DNA of 32,000 bases from Dickeya solani IPO 2222 (GCF_001644705.1 NZ_CP015137.1:300001-332000), one strand, 5' to 3'. Counted from the first letter of the stretch, positions 8,788 through 18,991 are shown. The notes: generated by a model not told the origin, from the letters alone. Translations and numbers: made by a program.

Positions 8788-10710
8788 TTAGCTACGGATC
8801 GCCAACAGGGCATCAAAGATCGTCGAAGCAGTCTGGATTACCTTGGCATTCGCCATGTAATACTGCTGGAAACGGACCAGATCGCCATACTCTTCGTCCA
8901 GGTTGACACCGGATACAGACTGTTGCTCAGTAGTCAGCTGCGACACCACATTTTTCTGCGATGTATCGGTAACCTTAGCGGTACTGGTTTTATTGCCGAT
9001 ATCCCCGACCAGACTGGCATAAGCCTGACTGATACTGGATTTGTTCTCGACAACCTTAGCGGTTTGCAGATTCAACAACGCCTTGGCGTTGGTGTTATCA
9101 CTAACGCCACCGCCCGCTGACGTCAATGAGGCGCCGGCCGCCGCAATCTTGGACGAATCCGTCACTTTCACCGACATATCCACGACAACATCACGAACAC
9201 CCTTGACCGTGAACAGGTCTTTAGCTGCCGGCGTCCCTGATATATCCAGTTTCATGCCGTCAAAAATCAGGCTGGCCGATGTCGAACCGCTGGCTGCGGT
9301 ATACGTTGCGGAGGAAGACAGGTCAGCCCCATCCGACAAACGTGTAATCGACCAGTTATTAGCGGATGGACCAACGAATTTGACGCTATAGTCGCTCGCC
9401 TTGATGTAGTTGGTATCGTTACGGGTCAGTGAGGCAGCGGAAGTCGAGCCAGTCGGTGCGGTCTGCGAAATTGATGATTGCCCCGGTGATACTTTAAAAC
9501 TGAAAGTATCGCCTGATGCGGCCGAACCGGAAATGTCGACAGTGAAACCATCAAAGGTCAGTGCGGAGCCTGACAGGCTTGAGCTTGCCGTCGTACCGTC
9601 GGAGCGGGTAACGCTCCAGGACGTTCCGTTGTACTGCATCGAGTAAGTATCGCTCAGATAGGAAGAGGTCAACTCGGTAGCGGACGTATTTTTGGCGCTC
9701 TTTAACGTGACAGACGAACCAACACCAAAGAAGTCTCCGCCCTGAGCATTGTTCAAGTCGAAACCGGCTTTGTGTTGCTGGTTGAACGCATCGGTAAACG
9801 CCAGCGCCATCTGCCCTAACTGGTTGCGGGCGCTATCCAGCGTACTGGAACGGAAATTGAGCAAACCGCCAAGAGAACCACCGGTAATAGTGCTTTCTTT
9901 TACTTCGCTCACACCGGCAATCGCGTCGTTGTAAGAAACGGTGGTGCGAGCCGGGTCAGTGCTGGATGGTGTCGCGACCAGCGTATTGTAGCTTTTGCCC
10001 TGAACCAGGTTCAGGCCATTTTTCAGTGATACGTTGTAAACGTCACCATCCTGGACCGCGACATCCACGCCAACCAACTTGTTCAAGTCATTAACCAGGT
10101 TATCGCGCTGGTCCAGCAGATCATTCGGCGACGCGCCATTATTGGCGCCTTTCAGACGGACGATCTGATCGTTGATATCAGCAATTTGCTTGGCGTAAGT
10201 ATTAATTTGCGTAACGGTGATGGAAACCTCGCCGTTGATATTGCTGTCCATATCACGCAGATACTGATCGGTAATCTTGAACTGGTTGACCAAGGCCTCA
10301 GCCTTGCCCAGCACGGTTTGACGCACTGAAGAATCGCTGGAATTGCTGGTCAGGTTCTGCAGGTTCTTGAAGAAATCCTGAATCGTGGTGGACAGGCTAG
10401 ATGAGCTGCTCGACAGCAAGTTATCGATCTTGGAGATCTGGCTGTAATACGACGTGGTAGAGCTGCTTGTTGCCTGTGCCGCACGTAATTGTTTAGCAAT
10501 GAAATCGTTGTAGTCACGATTGATGCTGACAACGGTAACCCCGTTGCCGATGTAACCGGCAGAGATATTGGTGCCGTTGTTCTGTGCCAACAGTGCATTT
10601 TGACGGCTATACCCTGTAACAGCCTGATTACTGATGTTGTTACTGACGGTACTCAACGCCGCTTGGGCAGCGCTCAGACCACTCATTCCGGTGTTAATCA
10701 AATTGGACAT
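8788..10710 (-). CDS. flgK: FlgK, hook-filament junction protein 1 (HAP1), enlarged variant
   Basis: 640 aa. The N-terminus (MSNLINTGMSGLSAAQAALSTVSNNISNQ) and C-terminus (GVNLDEEYGDLVRFQQYYMANAKVIQTASTIFDALLAIRS) are conserved. The central S/T-rich region contains an internal repeat (see findings). Confidence 0.95.
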   Translation of the reverse strand: MSNLINTGMSGLSAAQAALSTVSNNISNQAVTGYSRQNALLAQNNGTNISAGYIGNGVTVVSINRDYNDFIAKQLRAAQATSSSTTSYYSQISKIDNLLSSSSSSLSTTIQDFFKNLQNLTSNSSDSSVRQTVLGKAEALVNQFKITDQYLRDMDSNINGEVSITVTQINTYAKQIADINDQIVRLKGANNGASPNDLLDQRDNLVNDLNKLVGVDVAVQDGDVYNVSLKNGLNLVQGKSYNTLVATPSSTDPARTTVSYNDAIAGVSEVKESTITGGSLGGLLNFRSSTLDSARNQLGQMALAFTDAFNQQHKAGFDLNNAQGGDFFGVGSSVTLKSAKNTSATELTSSYLSDTYSMQYNGTSWSVTRSDGTTASSSLSGSALTFDGFTVDISGSAASGDTFSFKVSPGQSSISQTAPTGSTSAASLTRNDTNYIKASDYSVKFVGPSANNWSITRLSDGADLSSSATYTAASGSTSASLIFDGMKLDISGTPAAKDLFTVKGVRDVVVDMSVKVTDSSKIAAAGASLTSAGGGVSDNTNAKALLNLQTAKVVENKSSISQAYASLVGDIGNKTSTAKVTDTSQKNVVSQLTTEQQSVSGVNLDEEYGDLVRFQQYYMANAKVIQTASTIFDALLAIRS

Positions 10711-10803
10711 GCTGGGTTCCTTTTACTCTTACTCATGCACAGACAGGACAGTACCTATTGCCGGGCACAAAAAGATATCGCCGTTATAAATTAACTTGTA
10801 TAG

Positions 10804-10830
10804 CTATCGGCAGGCGGGCTGAAAACTTGA
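10804..10830 (-). promoter_or_regulatory. Sigma-28 (FliA) class-3 promoter of flgKL
   Basis: The minus strand reads TCAAGTTT-N11-GCCGATAG against the consensus TAAAGTTT-N11-GCCGATAA, matching 7/8 and 7/8 with exact spacing. It starts 7 nt after the flgJ stop and lies about 95 nt upstream of the flgK ATG. Confidence 0.8.
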
Positions 10831-10836
10831 GGAGAA

Positions 10837-11787
10837 TTAGAAAATCCCGCTCAGGTCGTGCGTATAGGCCTGAACCGCCTTTTCGCCCGAATTTTTCATC
10901 TGCTGAATCATGCTTACCAGCTTCTTCGCATAAGCCGGGTCAGTCGCATACCCAGCCTGTTGCAGCGCCACCGCGGCCTGTTCTGCGGTTGCCGCAGCAG
11001 AAACACCGGCATAACGGGGATTCTGCGTCAGCAATTTGGCGTAATCGTTTAATGCTTCCAGATAAGAGCCGTAAACGCGGAAGGCCGCTTTGACCTTTTT
11101 GGCGACACCCTGCTCGTATTCTGTCGTGGTAACTTCCGTGACCGGACCATCCCAGCTACTGCCGGCTTTAATACCAAAAATGTTGTGGCTGCGACGGCCA
11201 TCGGCGGTAGGAATCTCACGTTGCCCCCAGCCGGACTCCAGAGCAGCCTGCGCCATAATCAGATGATGAGGAATACCGCTTTGCTGGCTGACCAGCATGG
11301 CTGGCGTGGACAAACGAGAGATAAAATCGGTGCTGCTCATCGGCAACGCAGACGATTTTTCCGGCAGCGTGGGTATCGCCTTACGCACCATCTGTTCCAG
11401 CACAAACGAAGGCATGGCGCGAGCTAATTGACTATCGGGTTTGAAAGGCGCCGCCGATGCGGATTCATTCCCGGCAATGCCCTGGCCCATCATCTGTTTT
11501 TCAATCATAGAAGCCAAACCCAGCCCTTTGCCCGACGACATTTGCTCGGCTAATTGCTGATCATACATTGATGTGAGCATGCGGGTTTGATCGCTGCTGA
11601 AAATGCCATCTTTCGGCAATGCGTCACGCATACTCTTCATCATCATCTGTACGAAGACGCCTTCCAACTGCTTAGCCACAGCACGGATCCCTTCCCGGCT
11701 CTGGGGATTACTTGATACATCCCGCTTCAGCGCGTTAAGTGACTGTGCCTCATAAGCAGGATTGTTAAACGTCTTCATGTCGCTCAT
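10837..11787 (-). CDS. flgJ: FlgJ, rod-cap protein / peptidoglycan hydrolase (N-terminal rod-binding domain plus C-terminal glucosaminidase-type muramidase domain)
   Basis: A 316-aa product starting [22 protein letters not shown]..., which aligns with E. coli FlgJ (313 aa). The ATG at 11787 shares one nt with the flgI stop (TGATG). The ORF-track start at 11817 lies inside flgI. Confidence 0.93.
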   Translation of the reverse strand: MSDMKTFNNPAYEAQSLNALKRDVSSNPQSREGIRAVAKQLEGVFVQMMMKSMRDALPKDGIFSSDQTRMLTSMYDQQLAEQMSSGKGLGLASMIEKQMMGQGIAGNESASAAPFKPDSQLARAMPSFVLEQMVRKAIPTLPEKSSALPMSSTDFISRLSTPAMLVSQQSGIPHHLIMAQAALESGWGQREIPTADGRRSHNIFGIKAGSSWDGPVTEVTTTEYEQGVAKKVKAAFRVYGSYLEALNDYAKLLTQNPRYAGVSAAATAEQAAVALQQAGYATDPAYAKKLVSMIQQMKNSGEKAVQAYTHDLSGIF

Positions 11788-12896
11788 CAGATAATTTCCA
11801 GCTTCGCTCTCAGGCAACCTGCACTGTCCATTGCCTGAAGAATTGACATCAGATCCATCGGTGTAGCGCCAAGCGAGTTCAACGCCCTGACCACACTGTT
11901 AAGATTAGCGCTAGAGTTCACTCGCTGCAGCGCACCGCCGTCCTGACGCATGGAAATTGCCGTCTGCGGCGTCACTACCGTTTGCCCGCCCGCCAGCGGC
12001 GTGTTCGGTTGGCTGACCACATTTTGCTGATTGATGGTGACGGACAGGTTGCCCTGCGCGACCGCGCAGTTTTCCAGTTGGACATTGCGGTTCATGACCA
12101 CCGAACCGGTACGGGAGTTAATGATGACCTTGGCGTCCAGCGTACCGACATTCACCTCGATATTCTGCATATCGGCCAGAAACCTCACCTGAGCGCTGTT
12201 GCCGGCTGGCACCACAACCCGAACAGTACGCGAGTCCAGTGGTGCTGCCGAACCACCGCGACCAAAACGGTTGATGGCATCGCTGATGCTCTGCGCCATG
12301 GTGAAGTCATCCTGATTTAACTGCAGCATGATGGTATTGCCGGTGCCAAAGGTATTGGGCAGTTCACGTTCGATGACTGCACCGCCGCTAATACGGCCAC
12401 CCGCCAGTTGGTTTACCTGCACGCTGCTGCCACCCGCGGACGCGCCGGCGCCGCCGATCAAGACGTTCCCCTGCGCAATGGCATAAATCTGATTATCCAC
12501 CCCTTTCAACGGCGTCATCAGCAACGTACCGCCACGCAGGCTCTTGGCGTTCCCCAGGGAAGAAACCACAATATCCACTGGTTGTCCGGAGCGGGCAAAC
12601 GCCGGCAGCTTAGCCGTCACCATAACTGCAGCTACGTTTTTCAACTGCATGTTGGTGCCGGCAGGAACGGTGATCCCCAACTGGGACAGCATGTTACTCA
12701 AACTTTGAGTGGTGAACGGCGTCTGCGTGGTCTGGTCACCGGTGCCATCCAGACCTACCACCAGACCATAGCCAATCAGAGCATTATCACGCACGCCCTG
12801 AATACTCACCAGATCGCGGATACGCTCAGCCGATGCTGGCGGAGCCACCACCATCAGCAAAGCAAGAAGAACGGTAAAGATTGAAGTGATCCGCAT
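11787..12896 (-). CDS. flgI: FlgI, flagellar P-ring protein precursor
   Basis: [23 protein letters not shown]|[32 protein letters not shown] has a signal peptide followed by a mature N-terminus matching E. coli FlgI. GAGG lies 6 nt upstream of the ATG at 12896. An alternative ATG at 12908 is possible. The ORF-track start at 12992 lies inside flgH. Confidence 0.92.
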   Translation of the reverse strand: MRITSIFTVLLALLMVVAPPASAERIRDLVSIQGVRDNALIGYGLVVGLDGTGDQTTQTPFTTQSLSNMLSQLGITVPAGTNMQLKNVAAVMVTAKLPAFARSGQPVDIVVSSLGNAKSLRGGTLLMTPLKGVDNQIYAIAQGNVLIGGAGASAGGSSVQVNQLAGGRISGGAVIERELPNTFGTGNTIMLQLNQDDFTMAQSISDAINRFGRGGSAAPLDSRTVRVVVPAGNSAQVRFLADMQNIEVNVGTLDAKVIINSRTGSVVMNRNVQLENCAVAQGNLSVTINQQNVVSQPNTPLAGGQTVVTPQTAISMRQDGGALQRVNSSANLNSVVRALNSLGATPMDLMSILQAMDSAGCLRAKLEII

Positions 12897-12912
12897 TGTA
12901 TGCCTCATCAAT

Positions 12913-13632
12913 TTAGAACGGCGAAACATTAAGGAAGAACCGTTGCAGCCAGCCCATGGTCTGCGTTTCATTAATGTAGCCATTACCCACATATTCCATA
13001 CGCGCGTCCGCCACTTGCGTTGACGGTACGGTATTGCTGCCGCTGATAGTTCTTGGGTTCACCACCCCAGAGAAACGAATAAACTCGGTTCCCTGATTAA
13101 CTGCAATCTGTTTTTCACCCACAACATGCAGGTTGCCATTCGTCAACACCTGATCCACGGTAACCGTGATAGTGCCGGTGAAGGTGTTATTCGCGTTGGC
13201 GCCGCCTTTCCCGGTAAAGTCATCTTTGCCGGTGGCGTTAAATGCGGCCCGGTTGTTGCCCAGAGGGCCTTCCAGCAAACGCGGCGTCGTGGTCATGCCG
13301 AACGAGCCGGAGGCATCGCGACTGGCGTTCGCCGATGAACTCTTACTGGCGCTGACATTTTCCTGCAACACAATGGTAAGCGTATCCCCTGTATTTCTCG
13401 GGCGGCGATCCTCAAACATTGGTTGATAGCCATAGTTCATCGCCTGGCCGGTCTGGAAAATGGAACCGTTGGGAATAGCCTGTAAAGGCGGTGCAGGCTG
13501 CGCTGTCGTTGGCCCGGTCACCACTTTGTCATGAGGTATATAGGCGCAACCGGACAGTGTTAACATCATCACGTATGCCAGCAGACGGGGCCGACATGGC
13601 TGCAACGCTGCAACCGACTTCGTATTCATCAT
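12913..13632 (-). CDS. flgH: FlgH, flagellar L-ring lipoprotein precursor
   Basis: A lipobox (LTLSGC) is present. From [52 protein letters not shown] through ...[14 protein letters not shown] it is collinear with E. coli FlgH. The start is ambiguous among GTG 13635, ATG 13632 and ATG 13629. Confidence 0.93.
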   Translation of the reverse strand: MMNTKSVAALQPCRPRLLAYVMMLTLSGCAYIPHDKVVTGPTTAQPAPPLQAIPNGSIFQTGQAMNYGYQPMFEDRRPRNTGDTLTIVLQENVSASKSSSANASRDASGSFGMTTTPRLLEGPLGNNRAAFNATGKDDFTGKGGANANNTFTGTITVTVDQVLTNGNLHVVGEKQIAVNQGTEFIRFSGVVNPRTISGSNTVPSTQVADARMEYVGNGYINETQTMGWLQRFFLNVSPF

Positions 13633-13762
13633 CACTACGGATATCGCCTTACTTTCAGTAATCTATCCACATATTGAATCAAGGTGGCCACTTTACCCAT
13701 CTGCATTCCAGCCGCAAATCAGTAAAACGCCACCCTATTTAACCAGCGCTACCCAGGAGAGA

Positions 13763-14545
13763 TTACAGCTGGGTCAGTTTCTGCAACATCTGATCGGTGG
13801 AAGAAATCGCCTTACTGTTGATTTCATACGCGCGTTGAGTCTGGATCATTGACACCAACTCTTCGGCGACGTTCACGTTCGATGTTTCAACGAATTTCTG
13901 ATAAATCAGACCCGCTCCGTTCAGGCCAGGCGTGCTCTGGGTCGGCGCACCGGAACTGGCGGTTTCCGCATACAGGTTTTCACCAAGGTTCTCCAGGCCG
14001 GCCTCGTTGATGAACATGGCCAGGTTAAGCTGCCCGATCTGCACCGGCGCGGTCTGCCCCTGCTGAGTCACGGTGACCACCCCGTCGCGGCCAACCGTCA
14101 GGTTGCTGGAATTTGCCGGGATGGTGATCGCCGGCTGGACCTGAAAGCCGCTGGATGTCACCAGCTGACCGTTGGAATCCTGCTGGAAAGACCCATCACG
14201 GGTATACGATGTGGTTCCATCCGGCATCAGCACCTGGAAGAAGCCGGCACCCTTAATCGCCATATCCTTCACATTACCGGTTTCGGAAAAGGAGCCTTGC
14301 GTATGAATGCGCTCGGTTGCCACCGGACGCACACCAGTCCCCAGTTGCAGACCAGACGGCAGTGTAGTCTGTTCTGAAGACTGCGCCCCTGGCTGACGAA
14401 CAGTCTGGTACATCAAGTCTTCAAATACGGCACGCTGACGCTTAAAACCATTGGTGCTGACGTTCGCCAGGTTGTTGGATATAACATCCATATTGGTTTG
14501 CTGGGCGTTCAGACCGGTTTTGGCAATCCATAAAGAACGGATCAT
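13763..14545 (-). CDS. flgG: FlgG, distal rod protein
   Basis: 260 aa. [44 protein letters not shown]... is the same length as, and near-identical in pattern to, E. coli FlgG. Confidence 0.98.
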   Translation of the reverse strand: MIRSLWIAKTGLNAQQTNMDVISNNLANVSTNGFKRQRAVFEDLMYQTVRQPGAQSSEQTTLPSGLQLGTGVRPVATERIHTQGSFSETGNVKDMAIKGAGFFQVLMPDGTTSYTRDGSFQQDSNGQLVTSSGFQVQPAITIPANSSNLTVGRDGVVTVTQQGQTAPVQIGQLNLAMFINEAGLENLGENLYAETASSGAPTQSTPGLNGAGLIYQKFVETSNVNVAEELVSMIQTQRAYEINSKAISSTDQMLQKLTQL

Positions 14546-14571
14546 CGAGTCACTCCTGTGCGCAAGGGCAC

Positions 14572-15327
14572 TTAATTCATTGCAAGTATCTGATTAGCAC
14601 GTTGCGTATTATCATCAACGCTGCTGATCACTTTCATCTGCATCTCAAAACGGCGCGAGTTGGAAATCATCTCCACCATCGACTCAACCGTATTGACGTT
14701 ACTGCCTTCCAGTACCCCCGGCATTACCCTGACCGTTGCGTCATTCTGTAATGCCGCACCACGCTGTTGTTGCGCGGCCTGGGACACGCGGAAAAGTCCG
14801 TCGTCGCCACGAGTCACTTCGGTTCCCGTCGCCTTGACCAGCTTCAGGCGCCCGATTTGGGTAACCGTACTCGCGGCGTCACTAGGGTTCAACGCGTTGA
14901 TGGTACCGTCGGGACCGATAGTAAGCTGCGTCTGAGGCGGCACGTCAATCGGACCGCCGTCGCCCATCACCAGGTTACCCTGAATGGCCAGCTGCCCGTT
15001 GGCGTTAATTTCCATATTACCGTTGCGGGTATAGGCCTCACTGCCATCCGCAGCACGCACCGCCAGCCAGCCATCCTGCGAAAGAGCAACGTCAATCGAA
15101 CGCCCGGTGTAATCCATCGAACCTGGGGTAGTATCCGCCCCGGGAGTCGAAGATATCACCAGTGTACGCGTCTCATTGGTAACGCCCTGAATCGGCACGG
15201 CACGCATTGCAGCCAGTTGAGCACGAAAGCCCGGCGTAGAGGCGTTAGCCATGTTGTGCGACGTAACGGCCTGTTGCTCCAGCGTCTGACTCGCCGCGCC
15301 CATCGCTGTATAGATAGCGTGATCCAT
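14572..15327 (-). CDS. flgF: FlgF, proximal rod protein
   Basis: 251 aa. [38 protein letters not shown]... shows rod-family terminal motifs and the same length as E. coli FlgF. Confidence 0.97.
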   Translation of the reverse strand: MDHAIYTAMGAASQTLEQQAVTSHNMANASTPGFRAQLAAMRAVPIQGVTNETRTLVISSTPGADTTPGSMDYTGRSIDVALSQDGWLAVRAADGSEAYTRNGNMEINANGQLAIQGNLVMGDGGPIDVPPQTQLTIGPDGTINALNPSDAASTVTQIGRLKLVKATGTEVTRGDDGLFRVSQAAQQQRGAALQNDATVRVMPGVLEGSNVNTVESMVEMISNSRRFEMQMKVISSVDDNTQRANQILAMN

Positions 15328-15348
15328 GCAATATCCTCGTTATGATAA

Positions 15349-16548
15349 TTAACGCAGGTTAACCAAGGTATTAAGGATCTGATCCTGTGTTTTGATGGTC
15401 TGAGCATTCGACTGGTAGTTACGCTGAGCAACGATCATGTTAACCAGTTCCTTACTCATATCGACGTTGGAGCTTTCCGTTGCCTTGCCCACCAGGCTTC
15501 CGAGATTACCTGAACCAGCCAATCCAACCACCGCCTGACCAGAGTTACTGGTTGCAGCCCAAACGTTATCACCCTGAGGAGAAAGTCCTTCCGGGTTAGC
15601 GAAATTGGCCAGCGCTATCTGTCCCAGCACCTGGGTCTTCTTATTCGAGTAAGAACCGACAACGGTACCGTCGTCACTGATGCTGTAACCGGTCAGTTCG
15701 CCCGGCTCGTAACCATTCTGAGTCGGCGTTTTGGTGCTGTTGGAGCCGCTGTTCTGCTGAACCGAGCCGGTGAAAGACAGTGTGAAGTTGCTGGCCGCAG
15801 AACCGTTCAGCGTCGCCATAGTCAGCGTAGCAGGAGTCGTTGTGGTCAACGCACCGCTGGTATTGAAAGACAGCGTAGTCGGCCCCTGGAAACCCGCACC
15901 GGTAATGCTGGTGTCCTGTGCATAGACACTCCAGCTGTTAGAGGCGGCCTTCACAAAATACAGCGCAAAGTTATGGGCGTTACCCAAAGTATCGTAGGTA
16001 GTGATAGAGCCTTTATAGTTTGACGTATTGGTCGGATCGGTAGGATCCCAGGTATTCGTGCTGTCTGACGAGTTCAGGCTGGCGATGATCGACGCAGTGT
16101 CGGTGGCCTTGGCCGACATCGTAGTTTCCGGAATGCTCAAACCAACCGGATCCGCGCCTTGCTGAATGGTCGGCGGCGTGCCCACTGCCGGATAGCCAGT
16201 CAACTGCAATCCCTGCGCGTTAACGATGTTACGGTTACTATCCAGCGTGAACTGACCGTTACGGCTGTAAGATACGCTACCGTTACTATTGAGCAGACGA
16301 TAAAACCCATTCCCGTTGATGGCCACGTCCAATGAACGGGAAGTACTGGTGATAGAACCGTTGCTAAAATCCTGCAGTACGGATGCAACCCGGGTCCCCA
16401 GACCTACGTTGGAGCCGGCATACATATCGGCAAAAGAAATGTTACTGGCCTTGAAACCAACGGTAGCGGAGTTGGCAATGTTGTTGCCAATCACGTCCAG
16501 ATTATTAGAGGCAGCGTTTAAGCCACTGACCGCCTGAGAAAAGCTCAT
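15349..16548 (-). CDS. flgE: FlgE, flagellar hook protein
   Basis: 399 aa. The N-terminus (MSFSQAVSGLNAASNNLDVIGNNIANSATVGFK) and C-terminus (...VNMIVAQRNYQSNAQTIKTQDQILNTLVNLR) are conserved. The central domain is variable. Confidence 0.97.
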   Translation of the reverse strand: MSFSQAVSGLNAASNNLDVIGNNIANSATVGFKASNISFADMYAGSNVGLGTRVASVLQDFSNGSITSTSRSLDVAINGNGFYRLLNSNGSVSYSRNGQFTLDSNRNIVNAQGLQLTGYPAVGTPPTIQQGADPVGLSIPETTMSAKATDTASIIASLNSSDSTNTWDPTDPTNTSNYKGSITTYDTLGNAHNFALYFVKAASNSWSVYAQDTSITGAGFQGPTTLSFNTSGALTTTTPATLTMATLNGSAASNFTLSFTGSVQQNSGSNSTKTPTQNGYEPGELTGYSISDDGTVVGSYSNKKTQVLGQIALANFANPEGLSPQGDNVWAATSNSGQAVVGLAGSGNLGSLVGKATESSNVDMSKELVNMIVAQRNYQSNAQTIKTQDQILNTLVNLR

Positions 16549-16614
16549 GGTGCTCTCCTGAATATTGATGAACTGGTATTCACTAAAAAGTGATGCGCGT
16601 TATATCCGTAACTG

Positions 16615-17286
16615 CTACAAAATCTGACGTACGTTATCCAGCGTGGACTGACCGCTCAGGCCCAGATCCAGTAATGCCCCGCTGCTGTTGGTGACCACAC
16701 CATTCACGTAGGCGTAGTTCAGAGCCTCGACGACCTGCTGAGTCCCATTTGAGGTAGCGGAAACCGAAATCGTATAAGCACCATCTGGTGCGGCTGTACC
16801 GTCGGAAGCCTTGCCATCCCAAGAGTAGGCATGTACCCCGGCGCTCAGTGAACCCAGTTCCATACTGCGAACCACTTTGCCGGAGCTATCGGTAATATTG
16901 ACGGTAACGTTCTCCGCCGAATTCTCCAACTCAACGCCGAACGGCGTAGTCGTTTCGCTGCCCACCAGCACCTTGGTGCCTGGCACCAGCACGCCATGAC
17001 CAATCAATGATGCCGCCTGAATGGACTGGTTGCTGTTGATTTGCGTGGAAATGGAACCCAGTGTGGTATTCAGCTTCTCGATACCGCTCACCGTGTTTAA
17101 CTGCGCCAGTTGAGAAACCAACTGGTTGTTATCCATCGGGTTGGTCGGATCCTGATTCTTCAACTGGGCAACCAGCAGAGTCAGGAAGCTACTCTGTAAG
17201 TCAGCACTGGTACTTCCGCTGACAGTCGAGGTCGATGTCGTCGATGCCGTACTTTGGGCATTACTGACAGAAGATGTAGTAGCCAT
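16615..17286 (-). CDS. flgD: FlgD, hook capping/scaffold protein
   Basis: 223 aa containing the conserved block ADLQSSFLTLLVAQLKNQDPTNPMDNNQLVSQLAQLNTVSGIEKLNTTL. Confidence 0.96.
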   Translation of the reverse strand: MATTSSVSNAQSTASTTSTSTVSGSTSADLQSSFLTLLVAQLKNQDPTNPMDNNQLVSQLAQLNTVSGIEKLNTTLGSISTQINSNQSIQAASLIGHGVLVPGTKVLVGSETTTPFGVELENSAENVTVNITDSSGKVVRSMELGSLSAGVHAYSWDGKASDGTAAPDGAYTISVSATSNGTQQVVEALNYAYVNGVVTNSSGALLDLGLSGQSTLDNVRQIL

Positions 17287-17298
17287 GAATTCTCCAGA

Positions 17299-17703
17299 TT
17301 ACTGACCAATGGTTAATGTCTTCAGCATCATCGATTTTGTGGTATTCAATACTTCCACGTTCGCCTGATAGCTTCGGGACGCCGAAATGGTGTTAACCAT
17401 TTCATTGACGGGATCCACATTTGGCATGCGGATATAGCCTTTGGCATCGGCCAGCGGATTTCCCGGCTGATAGACCAGTTTTTCCGGAGAAGGATCTTCT
17501 ACCACTTTGGCGACTTTCACACCGCCAGTCGCCTGCCCCGGAGCAGCATCAACCTCAAAAACCACCTGCTTAGCTCGATAGGGCTGACCATCGGGTCCCG
17601 TAACGCTGTCGGCATTAGCCAGGTTACTGGCGCTGACGTTAAGGCGTTGAGACTGGGCAGAAAGCGCCGAGCCGGAAATATCAAAAATATTAAGTAACGA
17701 CAT
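17299..17703 (-). CDS. flgC: FlgC, proximal rod protein
   Basis: 134 aa. [49 protein letters not shown]... is the same length and pattern as E. coli FlgC. Confidence 0.98.
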   Translation of the reverse strand: MSLLNIFDISGSALSAQSQRLNVSASNLANADSVTGPDGQPYRAKQVVFEVDAAPGQATGGVKVAKVVEDPSPEKLVYQPGNPLADAKGYIRMPNVDPVNEMVNTISASRSYQANVEVLNTTKSMMLKTLTIGQ

Positions 17704-17736
17704 GAGACATCAACCTTATATCTGTCGCCAATGTTG

Positions 17737-18156
17737 CTATGATGACCCGGACTGAAGCACCGACATCATCCCTTTGATCTGCCCGCCGATGAGCGTCAGG
17801 CTGCTCTGATACTTGAGACTGTTGTCCGCGAAGTTGGTACGTTCGCGATCCATGTCGACCGTGTTTCCATCAAGAGCTGGCTGTGTCGGGATACGGTAGA
17901 GCAGATCAAGTTCGGGCGGCTGTACTGTCTGAGCGGGAATGTGACGTGCAGACGTCAGGTTCAGCGATACGGACTGACCGCTGGCACGTCCTTGCTCCAT
18001 GACCTTGTTCAGTTCGCTGGCAAAATCAATGTCGCGCGCCTGATAACCAGGAGTATCCGCGTTGGCAATATTGGCAGCCAGAATCTCCTGGCGCTGAGCA
18101 CGCAGATTCAATGCTTCTTGCTGAAACCGTAGCGCGGCATCTAATTTATCGAGCAT
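17737..18156 (-). CDS. flgB: FlgB, proximal rod protein
   Basis: 139 aa. [49 protein letters not shown]... is nearly identical to the E. coli FlgB N-terminus. Confidence 0.98.
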   Translation of the reverse strand: MLDKLDAALRFQQEALNLRAQRQEILAANIANADTPGYQARDIDFASELNKVMEQGRASGQSVSLNLTSARHIPAQTVQPPELDLLYRIPTQPALDGNTVDMDRERTNFADNSLKYQSSLTLIGGQIKGMMSVLQSGSS

Positions 18157-18214
18157 GCTCCCTCCGCAATTTAAACTTTAGTGCTGGTAGGATAATTCTC
18201 ATCCTGTAAAAATC

Positions 18215-18256
18215 ATCGCGAGAATAGACATAAAATGAAGCGCTATTTATTGCCTT
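18215..18256. promoter_or_regulatory. Candidate FlhD4C2 box in the divergent flgB / flgA class-2 promoter region
   Basis: The minus strand reads AAGGC-AAT-AAATAGCG (18256-18241), matching 12/13 of the consensus AAYGS-N2-3-AAATARCG. An 11-nt spacer (18230-18240) separates it from the inverted arm, which reads ATCGC-GA-GAATAGAC on the plus strand (18215-18229) and matches 9/13. The site lies 59-100 nt upstream of the flgB ATG. Confidence 0.6.
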
Positions 18257-18322
18257 AACTGTAAGCAAGTACCGTTACACTGATACCGTGAAATTAACCG
18301 GGTTTTGGAGAGCGTAAGACTG

Positions 18323-18991
18323 ATGCCGGATATCAGAAAATACATACAGTTATCGATTTTGGGCATCCTGTTTGCCCCGGTACTGGTGAATGCTGCCGAT
18401 CTTGCATCACAAATTTCCCGTTTCTTTTCGGATAATTTTAAAGGCTCATCCGATACGATTAATGTGGTAGTGAAGACACCTGAAGCCCAATGGCCCGCTT
18501 GTGAAAATCCGCAGATTTCACTGCCGGGAAATGCCAAAATGTGGGGCAATCTTTCAGTGTCTGTTCGCTGCAACCAAGAGCGGCGTTTTGTTCAGGTTGA
18601 AGTGCAGGTTACTGGAAACTATGTGGTCGCCGCGGCACCGGTCAGCCGAGGAACAGAACTGACGTCCGGCGATATTCGAACCATACGCGGCAGGATTGAT
18701 CAACTTCCTCCCCGCGCCTTGTTCACCCCGGAAGAGGCTCAGGGTGCGGTGGCACTGCGGGATATCGCGCCAGGTCAACCCATTACCCAGGTGATGATTA
18801 GAAAGCCCTGGGTCATCCGTGCCGGGCAAAACGTGCAGATTCTAGCCCAAGGGGATGGTTTTAGCGTGCGCAGTGAAGGAAAGGCCATGAACAATGCGGC
18901 TTCGGGTCAATCTGCCAGAGCCCGCATGGCTTCAGGACAGGTCGTATCCGGCATCGCAACCGGCGATGGGATTATTCTGATCTCACAATAA
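18323..18991 (+). CDS. flgA: FlgA, P-ring assembly periplasmic chaperone
   Basis: MPDIRKYIQLSILGILFAPVLVNA has a signal peptide. Conserved FlgA blocks follow: QVEVQVTGNYVVAAAPVSRG, GQNVQILAQGDGFSVRSEGKAMNNAA and ARMASGQVVSG. The ATG at 18323 is preferred over the ORF-track TTG at 18305. Confidence 0.9.
   Translation: MPDIRKYIQLSILGILFAPVLVNAADLASQISRFFSDNFKGSSDTINVVVKTPEAQWPACENPQISLPGNAKMWGNLSVSVRCNQERRFVQVEVQVTGNYVVAAAPVSRGTELTSGDIRTIRGRIDQLPPRALFTPEEAQGAVALRDIAPGQPITQVMIRKPWVIRAGQNVQILAQGDGFSVRSEGKAMNNAASGQSARARMASGQVVSGIATGDGIILISQ

Noticed and set aside
13636-13762. 127-bp flgG-flgH gap examined for an internal promoter or RNA element
   Set aside because: It contains only a short TGGCCA-centred imperfect palindrome and no sigma-28 or sigma-70 match worth calling. 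It is most simply an intercistronic spacer within the flgB operon.
18173-18180. Perfect TAAAGTTT (sigma-28 -35 element) on the minus strand, 17 nt upstream of the flgB ATG
   Set aside because: The position where the -10 element should fall is occupied by the flgB Shine-Dalgarno sequence and start codon (GGAGCATG), and no GCCGATAA-like element is present.
18247-18573. 108-aa minus-strand ORF spanning the flgA 5' region and the flgB/flgA promoter
   Set aside because: It overlaps the well-supported flgA coding sequence on the opposite strand. It would start inside flgA and run through the regulatory region. It has no ribosome-binding site and no recognisable domain.
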